NCBI GenBank assembly: GCA_045863295.1
Contig: BTWA01000001.1
Location: 293,686 to 357,685, forward strand
DNA length: 64,000 nucleotides
Reading direction: 5' to 3'
From: Candidatus Hydrogenedentota bacterium
GTDB lineage: Bacteria > Hydrogenedentota > Hydrogenedentia > Hydrogenedentales > SLHB01
The position numbers were made by a program, and so were the translations under genes. The notes under the pieces were generated by a model. It was not told the DNA's origin, made no database searches, and saw only the letters and a list, made by a program, of their open reading frames with translations. Position 1 is the stretch's first letter; each line of letters begins with the position of its first letter. Shown one piece after another: positions 18,021-27,849 of the stretch.

Positions 18021-18962
18021 TCAGAATAACTCCGCCTGCCGCGGGTCACCATGCTGACGGATCGAGGCCGCGCCCGTTATCCGATTCGGATCGAATTGAC
18101 CATCCGGTCCCAAAAGCGGCACCGCACCGGCGGCCTGAAGCAATCGGGCTCCCTCGGGAAACGACGGCGCCGGATACACCAGCACGGGCTTGCCTTGTTC
18201 AATGGCCGCGCGCCCTGTGCGGATGCTTCCGCCCTTCTTCTTGGGCTCAATGACACACACCAAATCCGAGAGTCCACTGATAAACGCGTTACGTTCTACC
18301 GCGGCGTGGGTTTGCCATTCCATGTCGGGTGGACACGCGCTGATCAACGCCAGCCGCCCTTCGTCCATGGCCTCAAGCGCTTCACGCGGCGGACGAAACG
18401 TCAGCACACCTTGCGGAAGTACCATCGCCGTGACGCCGCCACCCCCAATCGCAGCCGAATGCGCCGCCATGTCCACCCCTTGTGCGCCACCGCTTACGAC
18501 CGTCATCGCGGCCTCAACAAGTGCCTCCGCGCAGGCTTGCGCCAACAGCAACCCGCGCTCGCCCGCGTCGCGCGCACCCACGACCGCGCCGCACGGCGCC
18601 GCCAACACATCCATGTTGCCCGCAATCCAGAGCAATACCGGCGCGCTTTCCCCGAGCGATGACAAGAGTCCGCGCGGATAATCGTCGCTCTGTACCGTGA
18701 CCGCTTGCGCACCCGCGTGAGTCGCTTTGAGGTATATCCGCTCCGCCTGTTCCCTGTGAGAAACAGCTGCCGCAAGAGAACTCACGACGCGCGCATCCGT
18801 ATTCACGGGCAACGCCTCGGTCAATTGCCGGGGAGGCAATTGAAGCAGCGAATCCAGCGGCATGCCCGCGGCCATCCCCGCGGCAAGTGCTTGCCGCGCT
18901 ATCGCATTGCCTGCGCCCGGCGTGTTCAACACGGCAAGCAGCGCGATCGCATCAAAAGACAT
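18021..18962 (-). CDS. dprA: DNA-processing protein DprA/Smf (SLOG fold)
   Basis: DDYPRGL, AVVGAR, VVSGGAQGVD..AH, RNAFISGLS, KGGSIRTG. Confidence 0.85.
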   Translation of the reverse strand: MSFDAIALLAVLNTPGAGNAIARQALAAGMAAGMPLDSLLQLPPRQLTEALPVNTDARVVSSLAAAVSHREQAERIYLKATHAGAQAVTVQSDDYPRGLLSSLGESAPVLLWIAGNMDVLAAPCGAVVGARDAGERGLLLAQACAEALVEAAMTVVSGGAQGVDMAAHSAAIGGGGVTAMVLPQGVLTFRPPREALEAMDEGRLALISACPPDMEWQTHAAVERNAFISGLSDLVCVIEPKKKGGSIRTGRAAIEQGKPVLVYPAPSFPEGARLLQAAGAVPLLGPDGQFDPNRITGAASIRQHGDPRQAELF

Positions 18963-19248
18963 GATTCCTTGTCGCCTCCGCCTGCCAATTGCCTCGCCTC
19001 ACATACACGCCAGGCTACCCTCGACGCCACGGAAACAACGGAATTCTACATGCGGGCAGCCTATCCGGCATGGTACCATGCTGCGCCGGTCTGTATCATG
19101 GCCGGAAACATCCATTACGCGCGCCGGTTGGTGTAGCCCAATTGCAAGGTGCGCAATGGGGCTCGCGGGACGGGCCACCGGCCGGACTGAATCCAGTGGA
19201 CATACTGCGACTTTCTCCGGCCCTTTGCACCGTCGAAGGAAAGCGTCT

Positions 19249-21087
19249 ATGTCCGACAAACTTATACTTGCAGTAGACGGAGGCGGAACCGCCACACGCG
19301 CCGCGCTCTACAGCAGTGATGGCCAATTGATTGCGGAAGTGTCCGGCAGCGCCTCCAACCCGGTTACGCAAGGCGTGGACCGCAGCATTGCGGTGATTGC
19401 CGGTTTGTGCAGACAACTCCTCCAAGACCAGTCCGGTGAAGTCGCATGTCTGGCCGCGGGTCTGTCCGGGGCCGGACGTTCGGGACTTCGCGGCGCGGTG
19501 TCTCGCGGTCTGGCCAATGCCCTGCGCTTGTCACGCGTGGTAGTCACCGACGATCTGCGGCCCATGCTGCATGCCAACCTTGGATCGCGCTCGGGCATTC
19601 TCGTGATTAGCGGTACCGGGTCCAGTGTCTTGGGACAGACGAGTGATGGACGCGTGCTGACCGTGGGTGGACGGGGCACGCTGTTCGGGGACTATGGTAG
19701 CGCGTTTCATATCGCGCAAATCGCGCTGCGCGCCGCGGCCGATGCGCTCGACGGATTGGAGGAGCGCACGACTCTCGAAGATGCGCTGCTCCAGGCCGCC
19801 AACCTCGTCCGGTTTGATGATTTTGTCGATTGGACCCAGAAAGCCGACAAGGAAACCGTGGCAAACCTCGCGCAAGTCGTGGGCGACACAGCTTCGAAGG
19901 GCGATGTCGTTGCCAAGCGTTGTGTGGAACAGGCTGCGGATGCCCTGGCGCGGCAAGCCGCCGCCGCGGCGCACCGCCTGGGCTTGTCCGGTGGGTTGGT
20001 CATTCTATGTCACGGCGGGTGTTTCGACTACATATCCGGTTACTTCGAAGCGTTCGAAACGGCGGCCATTCGGATGCACGGCAGCGCCATTATTCAACGG
20101 TCGCCGGTATACGGCCACCGCGCCGTGGCATCTATGGCCTTGGCCGATCAATTGCGCCCCGCCATTATGGAAGGCGTGTCCGAAGCCGCTTACGTGGAGC
20201 AGGCCGGCCCGTCTGCGCCCATTACCTCCACGGACAAACAATCCTTTTTCGATGCACTCAACGCCGAAGACATGATCGAGCGGATGCTGATAGGCGATCG
20301 ACAGGTGGTCAATGCCGTGGCGCGCCAAAAGCGGCCCATTGCGGCGCTGATTGATCGCATCGCTGACTCATTCCAGAACGGAGGCCGGCTTATCTACGCC
20401 GGCGCGGGCACCAGTGGCCGCCTCGGCGTGCTCGACGCATCCGAATGCCCGCCCACTTTTGGCGTCGATCCCGACAGGGTGATTGGCCTCATCGCCGGTG
20501 GTGATACCGCACTGCGTGCCAGCATTGAAGGCGCCGAAGACAATGTCGATCAGGGCGAAGCCGATATCGAATCCCTCAACGTGGACGAACAGGATGTGGT
20601 CGTGGGCATCGCCGCCTCGGGAACCACACCATACACCGTCGCCGTGTTGGAACATGCCAAGGCGCGCGGCGCATTCACCGCACTCATCCACTGCTCCGAA
20701 AATGTTCCCACCGAAGCGGACATTGTCGTGGCCCTTCCCACCGGCGCGGAAATCGTGGGAGGCTCTACAAGGCTCAAAGCCGGCACAGCCACCAAATTGG
20801 TCTTGAACATGCTTTCGACGTGCGCCATGGCCATTGCAGGCCGCGTATTCGAAGGCTATATGGTCGGTGTCAAACCGCAGAATGCAAAATTGAAGAAGCG
20901 CGCCGTCCATATCGTGGCCACGTTGTGTTCCTGTTCCACCGACGAGGCGCAACAAGCGCTCGATCAAAGTGGCGGCCGGGTCGATGTCGCCGTGATCATG
21001 GGAAGAAAAGGCATTCCCGCGGACGAGGCATCGGCCATTCTCGCGAAGCACAATGGCAATCTCCGGCGGGCCTTGCATGCTTCGTGA
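19249..21087 (+). CDS. murQ: Fusion of BadF/BcrAD-type amino-sugar kinase (MurK/NagK-like) and MurNAc-6-phosphate etherase MurQ
   Basis: AVDGGGT, VISGTGS, GGRGTLFGDYGS; then GAGTSGRLGVLDASECPPTFG, EGAED, GIAASGTTPY, GSTRLKAGTATKLVLNMLST. Confidence 0.9.
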   Translation: MSDKLILAVDGGGTATRAALYSSDGQLIAEVSGSASNPVTQGVDRSIAVIAGLCRQLLQDQSGEVACLAAGLSGAGRSGLRGAVSRGLANALRLSRVVVTDDLRPMLHANLGSRSGILVISGTGSSVLGQTSDGRVLTVGGRGTLFGDYGSAFHIAQIALRAAADALDGLEERTTLEDALLQAANLVRFDDFVDWTQKADKETVANLAQVVGDTASKGDVVAKRCVEQAADALARQAAAAAHRLGLSGGLVILCHGGCFDYISGYFEAFETAAIRMHGSAIIQRSPVYGHRAVASMALADQLRPAIMEGVSEAAYVEQAGPSAPITSTDKQSFFDALNAEDMIERMLIGDRQVVNAVARQKRPIAALIDRIADSFQNGGRLIYAGAGTSGRLGVLDASECPPTFGVDPDRVIGLIAGGDTALRASIEGAEDNVDQGEADIESLNVDEQDVVVGIAASGTTPYTVAVLEHAKARGAFTALIHCSENVPTEADIVVALPTGAEIVGGSTRLKAGTATKLVLNMLSTCAMAIAGRVFEGYMVGVKPQNAKLKKRAVHIVATLCSCSTDEAQQALDQSGGRVDVAVIMGRKGIPADEASAILAKHNGNLRRALHAS

Positions 21088-22762
21088 CGAGAACCCCCTC
21101 CGCCAACTTGCCATTCGCCGATACCGGAAACATGCCTGGGCGAGTTTTATCCTGGGGTCGGTCGTGGCCCTGTCGGCCGGGTGCGTCACCGAACCGGCCC
21201 CGCTACCGTCTCCGGCACGCCCGACCACACCGCCCCCGGCCCCTGTCCAGCGGCCGCTGCCTCCTCCCCCGGTGGAAGTGCCGACACCGATGGATGCCGA
21301 TGCCGCCAGCAGCAATCCAATGTTGAAAATACAATTGCTGGCGGGCGTGAAGACGATTGCCTTCGAATCGGCCTCGCCCGTAAACGTGACTGCCGGTCAA
21401 GTGAAACAGACCTTGCCTGCAGGCCGCTTTCAATGCCGACTCGGACAGGCAATGCCCGCCCGGTACCGGTACGGTGCTTACATCAAAAGCTTCAAACCCG
21501 CCGAATTCGCGGAGGCCGAAACGCTTGCCGCCGCGTGGCGTGCGCAAGGATTTCAGTCCAGCGTGGTCACCCTGGGGCAGACCCATCAGACCGCGGAGGG
21601 CCGCACACTCGACGGCCGCACGTTCTGGGTTACCGTAGGTCACTTTGCGTCGCAGCAGGAAGCGGACGCCGTCAAGTCTCTGCTTGCCAATCGAGGTCAG
21701 TCGGTTTGGGTCCGTCCGGAGCAGGTGGAAACGGGCAAGGGCGAAGTCGCAATCGCCGTCTCGCAAGGCGCAACCTATGCAGCACAAGCGCCGTTGCGAT
21801 TGAAGGGGACCGGAGTCATTGCACTATCCAGCCACCCGGATGGAAAATCCCGGGCGTACAGAGGCGAAATGGAACTCGCCGTGGGAAAAGACGGAACGCT
21901 GGAAGTCTACGAGCACATAGACATGGAATCGTATCTTGCTGGCGTGCTCCCCGCCGAGATGCCCGCGCTTTGGCCCGAGGAAGCACTGAAAGCGCAGGCG
22001 ATCGCCGCCCGCAGCGATGTGCTCAAGCACATGGCCGAGAAGAGAATCCTCGAGGGGTTCCATTTCCTGGCCACCGTGGCCGATAGGGCGTACTCCGGAT
22101 CCGGAGGCCGCCATCCTCGTACTGACGCCGCCGTGTCGGCAACCTGCGGAGAAGTAGCCACGGACGGTCTTCGTATCTTGCCGGGCGTGTTCAGCTCTAA
22201 TTGCGGTGGTTGGACTGAAGCAAATGAAACCGCATGGACCGGTCCGCCGGACGCTGCGTTGCGATCGGTCAACGACGCACCCGGTTCCGAAGGTCCTTCT
22301 CCCATGAATGTAAATATTGCGCGATGGCTGGAACACGATGGAAATGCATACTGTGCAGCCGATGCGACCGGGTACCGCTGGATCAAACGCTTGACACAAG
22401 CGGAAGCGACCCGCCTGGTCAACCAGAAGTACGCCGTAGGCACTGTGCAGCGTATCGATCTCGGCGAACGAGGAACCGGAGGCAGACTTCTGTCCCTAAA
22501 GGTATCCGGCACAAAGGGCGCCGTCACCATTCAGCGCGAACTGCCCATCCGGCAGGCATTTGGCGGATTGCCCAGTGCGATGTTTATAATCAATGGAGGA
22601 CAATCCGCCTCCGGTACGGCCTTTACATTTGAAGGGGGCGGCCGGGGGCATGGCGTGGGACTGTGCCAACATGGGGCGCGGGGAATGGCCGAAGCCGGAT
22701 TGGACTGCCGCGCCATTATTCGCCACTACTATGTAGGCGCAAGCGTCGTGAAGTTGCGATAG
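21077..22762 (+). CDS. SpoIID/LytB-domain lipoprotein (putative lytic transglycosylase) with SPOR-like segments
   Basis: Lipobox SAGC, Pro-rich linker, ESYLAGVLPAEM, EALKAQAIAARS, FSSNCGG, GGGRGHGVGLCQHGA. Confidence 0.88.
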   Translation: MLRDENPLRQLAIRRYRKHAWASFILGSVVALSAGCVTEPAPLPSPARPTTPPPAPVQRPLPPPPVEVPTPMDADAASSNPMLKIQLLAGVKTIAFESASPVNVTAGQVKQTLPAGRFQCRLGQAMPARYRYGAYIKSFKPAEFAEAETLAAAWRAQGFQSSVVTLGQTHQTAEGRTLDGRTFWVTVGHFASQQEADAVKSLLANRGQSVWVRPEQVETGKGEVAIAVSQGATYAAQAPLRLKGTGVIALSSHPDGKSRAYRGEMELAVGKDGTLEVYEHIDMESYLAGVLPAEMPALWPEEALKAQAIAARSDVLKHMAEKRILEGFHFLATVADRAYSGSGGRHPRTDAAVSATCGEVATDGLRILPGVFSSNCGGWTEANETAWTGPPDAALRSVNDAPGSEGPSPMNVNIARWLEHDGNAYCAADATGYRWIKRLTQAEATRLVNQKYAVGTVQRIDLGERGTGGRLLSLKVSGTKGAVTIQRELPIRQAFGGLPSAMFIINGGQSASGTAFTFEGGGRGHGVGLCQHGARGMAEAGLDCRAIIRHYYVGASVVKLR

Positions 22763-22816
22763 CCCGAATCGCTGCAGGCAGTCACTGCCCGTGGGCTGGA
22801 GCCAACAGGAGCCAAC

Positions 22817-23977
22817 ATGGTTGATGCAATTCGAAAAAAACCAACCCGCTTTGCCATCGGCCTTACGGCTGGGGCCGCGGCGCGCGGCATCGATGCCGTG
22901 TTGGTTCGCATAAAGGGTTCCGGACCCGGTTCCCACATCAAACTCGTCCGGTCAAAACATTTCCCGCATTCGCAGTCGCTTCGAGCGCGAATGTTGGTAA
23001 GCCGAAAGGATGCGCGCGAGGTCGCATTGCTCAGTTTCGACCTCGGCGATGCCTTGGCGGATGCGGCCGAAGAAATGCAACGGCTCGCGCATAAGGAACT
23101 TGTGGAAGTCGACTTTGTGGCCTCCGCCGGCCACACGGTCGCGCACAATCCCGCTAGAGGATATGAAACCGCGGCCGTGGGCACTCTGCAAGTGGGCGAA
23201 TCCGCGGTTATTGCGGAGCGTACCCAGTTGCCTGTCGTATCCGATTTTCAAGCGCGCGACATGGCCGCCGGTGGACAGGGCGGACCCATTACAACCTACG
23301 GCGATTGGATACTGTTCTCCCGGCCGGATCGAACGATCCTAAGGCTGCACCTGGGCGGAAATACCAGCATGACGGTCGTCTCGCCCGCGTTCGAAATGAT
23401 CACTTCCTTCGACACAGGACCCGGTATGACCGCGCTCGACGGCACCGTGCGTATTCTTACCGGCGGCACGGCGGATCTCGATGAGGACGGCGAAGCCGCT
23501 TCCAAAGGCATGGTTATCGACGAATTCCTGGAATACCTGCTTGATCAGCCATTCTTTTCGAAAGTCCCGCCAAAGAGCACGGCCTACGGCGAGTTCGGCA
23601 CAGAGCACTATCTGCGCGATGCGCTCACCGGGCGCCGAGTACATTCGTTCGAAGACTTGACGGCAACCGTGACCGCCGCGGTCAGTTACAGCATTGTCCG
23701 CGCCTACAACCGGTTTGTAAAACCGCAATTTGGAATCTCACGCGTGGTCGTCAGCGGCGGCGGGGTGAACAACGGGGCGCTGATGCAGCGATTGCGCAAC
23801 GCAATTCCAGAAGCCACCTTCCGGTCCAGCGATGAATATGGCCTGCCCCACCAATGCGTCGACGCCATGGCCATCGCCATTCTCGGAAACGAAACCCTGT
23901 GCGGAAAGGCGTCCAATGTACCTCATGCGACCGGTGCGCAAAAGCCCGTGCCATTGGGCCGGATAACGCCCGCATAG
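22817..23977 (+). CDS. anmK: Anhydro-N-acetylmuramic acid kinase homolog with divergent motifs
   Basis: GHTVAH, TLQVGE, SDF..RDMAAGGQG, FDTGPG, PPKST, VSGGG..N, NVPHATGA; RBS AGGAG. Confidence 0.82.
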   Translation: MVDAIRKKPTRFAIGLTAGAAARGIDAVLVRIKGSGPGSHIKLVRSKHFPHSQSLRARMLVSRKDAREVALLSFDLGDALADAAEEMQRLAHKELVEVDFVASAGHTVAHNPARGYETAAVGTLQVGESAVIAERTQLPVVSDFQARDMAAGGQGGPITTYGDWILFSRPDRTILRLHLGGNTSMTVVSPAFEMITSFDTGPGMTALDGTVRILTGGTADLDEDGEAASKGMVIDEFLEYLLDQPFFSKVPPKSTAYGEFGTEHYLRDALTGRRVHSFEDLTATVTAAVSYSIVRAYNRFVKPQFGISRVVVSGGGVNNGALMQRLRNAIPEATFRSSDEYGLPHQCVDAMAIAILGNETLCGKASNVPHATGAQKPVPLGRITPA

Positions 23978-23991
23978 TCCCAATTGGCGAA

Positions 23992-26664
23992 TCAATTCGC
24001 CAGTGCCTTGTCCATCTCCACAATCAGCGATCCCAGTTCCGATCGTTTGGATTGGAGCACCGCGAAGTCGCGGCTGAACGAAACGAGACTGGGCACCAGC
24101 GAGTGCATGTTGTACCCTTGCTGCACGCGGGCGAGCAGTGACGCGTGTCCGCCTTTCTTCTCCAACGCCTCCATGCGTTCGCGAAACATCACAAGATAGT
24201 CATAGTCCTCGACACCATCTCGAATGGTCTCCCATCGGATGGACCGGACCGGACCTTCCGCGCTGGGGTACAAGAGAAATCCATCGCCGTTCACCGGTGT
24301 GATGTCGAGCAGCCCCTTGTATGGGTCGTCCTGCGGAGGTGTATAGCTCACGTTCCAATAGTGAAACCCTTTCACACCCAGCACCCAAGCCTGCCAAAAT
24401 AAAATACGGTGCTCCAAGGCGGCGAAATCGAGAAAAAAATTGCCGTACGGCCGCGGCGGCGCGTGATTCACATACCACCACACTTCTCCGCCGCTCTTGA
24501 TCCGGTCGAGCACTACCCGGTTGTTGGGCGTGTCAAACACAGGGACATGGACTGCCCAGATATCCGCCGCGTCGCTTAAGAACGGTTCCAATCCCATCGT
24601 CGCCACCATAACGGGGATATCCGGCGCAATGTCGCGCCACTGCTGGATGCGTTCGAACACACGCGGCCATGTGGCGGGTTTGGGTTCGCTCGCCACCAAA
24701 GTAAATGCGGATTCTTGGAGATTTGATCGGACAACCGCCGCATTCGCCAATTTCAACTGATCGGGGAATTCCAGAAGCGATTGCGAAGCCGAGTGCGTTG
24801 TGGCGTGATGCGCGCGCAGTGTATCCAGGCCGCGTTCGAACGTAGCCAAGGCGGCGCCGTAATCCGGACTCTCTTTAGGCAACTGCGCGGTATCGCGAAG
24901 CGTAATTCGGGACTCCGCACCCAATGCGAGATATTGTTCACGCAGCGAATCCGCGGACCCCTTGAAACCAAACCGTTTCATCAGCGCAAGGGCCTCGGAA
25001 ATGTCCAGCCCGAAGTCCGACTTGAGCGCGGGTGTGGCCGGTAACGCGAAATCGAGCACCTCCACTTCTACCCGTATGGGGATGGCCCCTGTCGCGTCCG
25101 TAGCCAGTTCTATTCCTCCAATGTACTTTCCCGCCGGCGTGTTCTCCGGAATCCGTACCGTCACCCAGATGGGCTGATTGCGTCCTCCGGACATGTCGAA
25201 CGGTTGAAAGGGCAGCAAGGCGTCCGGCCACTCTCCCGACGGTCCTTCGTAGTAGCTTGGCACGGCAACCGGCGTGTACAGCACGTTGAAAACCGAAATA
25301 CTGTCAGGTCGTATCTCCGCTTGCGCGGAAACATGTTTCATAGGCAGAACCCGGACGGACTGGACAGAGAGCAGGCTGTCATCAGGTGGGCGAACCACAA
25401 GTTGAAAAGACTCGGCCTCATTTCGCGCCAGGATCAGGCGTACCCCATCGCGAATTGTACCCGATGCAACCGGAATGTCTTCCGCAAACACTTTCTCCAA
25501 TGCGGGCTCAATCCATACTGCGGCTGCATTGTCGACCGCCATATCGCGCTTGATTTGGAGCGGCCGTCGTCTTAATGCGACGGCTGCGTCGGTCCAGGGC
25601 TCCATCGACGCATCACGGGGCTTTCCCACAATGAACTGCGCGTCAATGCCGCCGTGAGGCGTGTGAACAGTCCGCCCAAGGTCCACATTTGTTTCGTCTC
25701 GCTTCACCAATGCGAGAAAATCGTACGCGCCATCGGCTGGTGCGGCCCACGGATAATTGAATGTCGTAACGCCGCCCGCGACAAGATCGAAATCCTGAGC
25801 CGGCAGGCGGTTTACCTTTCCATTGGGTTCCATAATGCTGGCATGCAATGACAAACCGGAAATCGATTTCGCGCCTGCAATAGCAACGCGCAGTTCGCCG
25901 GTCGCGTAATCCAATTGGACAGCCAGTTCTTCGGAAGCGAAGTCCACATGAGTCAAGCCGCGTACCATCGTCAGGATATACGAGGTCTCCCACGAATCGC
26001 CCGGCCTCATGAGAAACGGAAGAAACGCAGTCTGCAATCCCGCATAAGGTTGCTTGGGCGCGATGTGCGTGACGAACGCATGGGTCTGTTCCGCGTTGTA
26101 TATCGCGCATAGCGACTCTTTGGTGGACGGGTCCGTGGCGGCAATCCAATTGCGGGATGCAACCTGATAGCCGCTGAAGGTCGCGCGTACGATGCCGTGA
26201 ACACTCGGCACATCCACGCGATCCTTGTCATCCAACGCGCCGCCCGGCGCAACGTCGTGCCGCACCCAGGGAGCCACCCATTGATCTTCCTTGCCCTTGT
26301 GTTCGACGCGCCAGCCCACCTTCAGGGCCGTCGAATCCGTCACCGGCTCCAACGTGCGTGTCGCGTGAAGACCGGTAATGTTCGGGCCGTCGCAATCGTA
26401 ATCGTAGGCTAATCCTGAACCCGCGGTTTTGACGGTTTCGTTCAAGTGACGGTTCGGCACATAGTAACTGCCCACGCCGAATCCTTCCCATGCCACGCCC
26501 AGACCCGCCGCCCAATTCTTGCCGTTGAACGTCAACTCATGCGCGGGGGCGCCTTCACCGGGATCCAACTTCAACAGAAATCCATTTCCAGTAACGACCC
26601 GCTCCTGTCCGTACGCCGAGCAAACGGACCACAAACAGACCCAACATACAACCCTAAAAAGCAT
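23992..26664 (-). CDS. Secreted DUF4091/GH123-like glycoside hydrolase
   Basis: Signal peptide, ARNEAESFQL, WPDALLP, NQPIWVTV.IP...PAGKY, GFHYW, NGDGFLLYP, SIRWETIRDGVEDYDY. Confidence 0.78.
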   Translation of the reverse strand: MLFRVVCWVCLWSVCSAYGQERVVTGNGFLLKLDPGEGAPAHELTFNGKNWAAGLGVAWEGFGVGSYYVPNRHLNETVKTAGSGLAYDYDCDGPNITGLHATRTLEPVTDSTALKVGWRVEHKGKEDQWVAPWVRHDVAPGGALDDKDRVDVPSVHGIVRATFSGYQVASRNWIAATDPSTKESLCAIYNAEQTHAFVTHIAPKQPYAGLQTAFLPFLMRPGDSWETSYILTMVRGLTHVDFASEELAVQLDYATGELRVAIAGAKSISGLSLHASIMEPNGKVNRLPAQDFDLVAGGVTTFNYPWAAPADGAYDFLALVKRDETNVDLGRTVHTPHGGIDAQFIVGKPRDASMEPWTDAAVALRRRPLQIKRDMAVDNAAAVWIEPALEKVFAEDIPVASGTIRDGVRLILARNEAESFQLVVRPPDDSLLSVQSVRVLPMKHVSAQAEIRPDSISVFNVLYTPVAVPSYYEGPSGEWPDALLPFQPFDMSGGRNQPIWVTVRIPENTPAGKYIGGIELATDATGAIPIRVEVEVLDFALPATPALKSDFGLDISEALALMKRFGFKGSADSLREQYLALGAESRITLRDTAQLPKESPDYGAALATFERGLDTLRAHHATTHSASQSLLEFPDQLKLANAAVVRSNLQESAFTLVASEPKPATWPRVFERIQQWRDIAPDIPVMVATMGLEPFLSDAADIWAVHVPVFDTPNNRVVLDRIKSGGEVWWYVNHAPPRPYGNFFLDFAALEHRILFWQAWVLGVKGFHYWNVSYTPPQDDPYKGLLDITPVNGDGFLLYPSAEGPVRSIRWETIRDGVEDYDYLVMFRERMEALEKKGGHASLLARVQQGYNMHSLVPSLVSFSRDFAVLQSKRSELGSLIVEMDKALAN

Positions 26665-27039
26665 GAAACATCGTCTCCAAAGTGAATAAAACCCCGATGG
26701 GGATGAAGAGTCACGAAGAATCGGAATTGTACACAACCACGAGAGAGAGACGAAACGGCCCCCGATAATTTCTGTACAAGAATCAGATTGCACTGTAAGA
26801 AAGTTGGACAGATCAGCGGGGCTGCTCGCCATGCGCCGGAGACATATTCCTGTAAGTGATTAGCTGAGACAGAATTACGAATATTCCCTGATTTGGGTAT
26901 GCCGGTTGCTTTCCATACCCTCGTGCGTTTTGCTTAAGGCGAATGCCCCGGCGGGCGCAGGTTTCTTGTGGTATGATACAGAAATGCATTCATCCCTGCT
27001 TGCAGGCAGGGTGGGTCGCATGCAAGGAGAGCAGTGAAA

Positions 27040-27648
27040 ATGTTCAACGGGTACAAGGGATTGCTGAAAGTGACGGTTGCGGCCGCACTGGCCGTGCTTG
27101 CCATCCTGGCGCAAGGTTGCCCCTTTGCATCCACCATGTCCGAACCGTATTTGTATACGGTCTCAGGGAAAGTGACGAGCATTGAAGACAACGGTCTGAC
27201 GCCTGCTGGTGTTCAAGTAGGTGATGCATTTACCGCCAAGATCCTGATCGATCTGAAAAGGACCCCGGTCACCGCGTTCTTCATACCCAGTTTTGTCAGC
27301 GTGACCAACGATCCGGAGAACAATCTGGAGGTGCGCTTCCTGTATACCGAATATGATTCCACGGGGTTTGACCCGATGCTGGAGTCATGGGGCATGGCAT
27401 CCATGGTCGGTGTCATCGGCGTGGGTACGCAGGGCGAGCTGACCATTGGTGGCACCCCGTACATTTACGGTCAAGCTAGTGCCGGCGCGCTTACTCTGGC
27501 CACGTTGGGCGCCAAAGTGGAAGACTGGGCCGTTGGAACGAATGTGAAGGCGTCTTTCGACATACCGAGCGCGGATCCCGAAGCCGATGAGCCGCTCGCC
27601 AGCATTATCAGCAGCGATACCGTCATTACGGCTATCGATCCCCTGTAG
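27040..27648 (+). CDS. Hypothetical lipoprotein
   Basis: AAGGAG RBS, lipobox LAQGC; upstream extended -10 TGgTATGAT near 26969-26977. Confidence 0.72.
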   Translation: MFNGYKGLLKVTVAAALAVLAILAQGCPFASTMSEPYLYTVSGKVTSIEDNGLTPAGVQVGDAFTAKILIDLKRTPVTAFFIPSFVSVTNDPENNLEVRFLYTEYDSTGFDPMLESWGMASMVGVIGVGTQGELTIGGTPYIYGQASAGALTLATLGAKVEDWAVGTNVKASFDIPSADPEADEPLASIISSDTVITAIDPL

Positions 27649-27849
27649 GGATTGGCCGGTATTCCGTTCGCTTCGAAACTGAAAACTCGACTCCCGCCCG
27701 CATCGGAAAGCATGTGTGCGGGAGTCTGTATTTGCCTCGCGAATGGATGATCGGCAAAAATGAAGAGCCGCACCACGGAACGCCAAACAGTTCCGGGTGC
27801 GGCGTCGGCTTACTCTTCGTTGTTCCCGCTTTGCGACTGAGAGAAGGCC

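Noticed and set aside
21077..22762. Evidence of sporulation from SpoIID
   Set aside because: SpoIID/LytB domains are widespread in non-sporulating diderms, and the context is cell-wall turnover.
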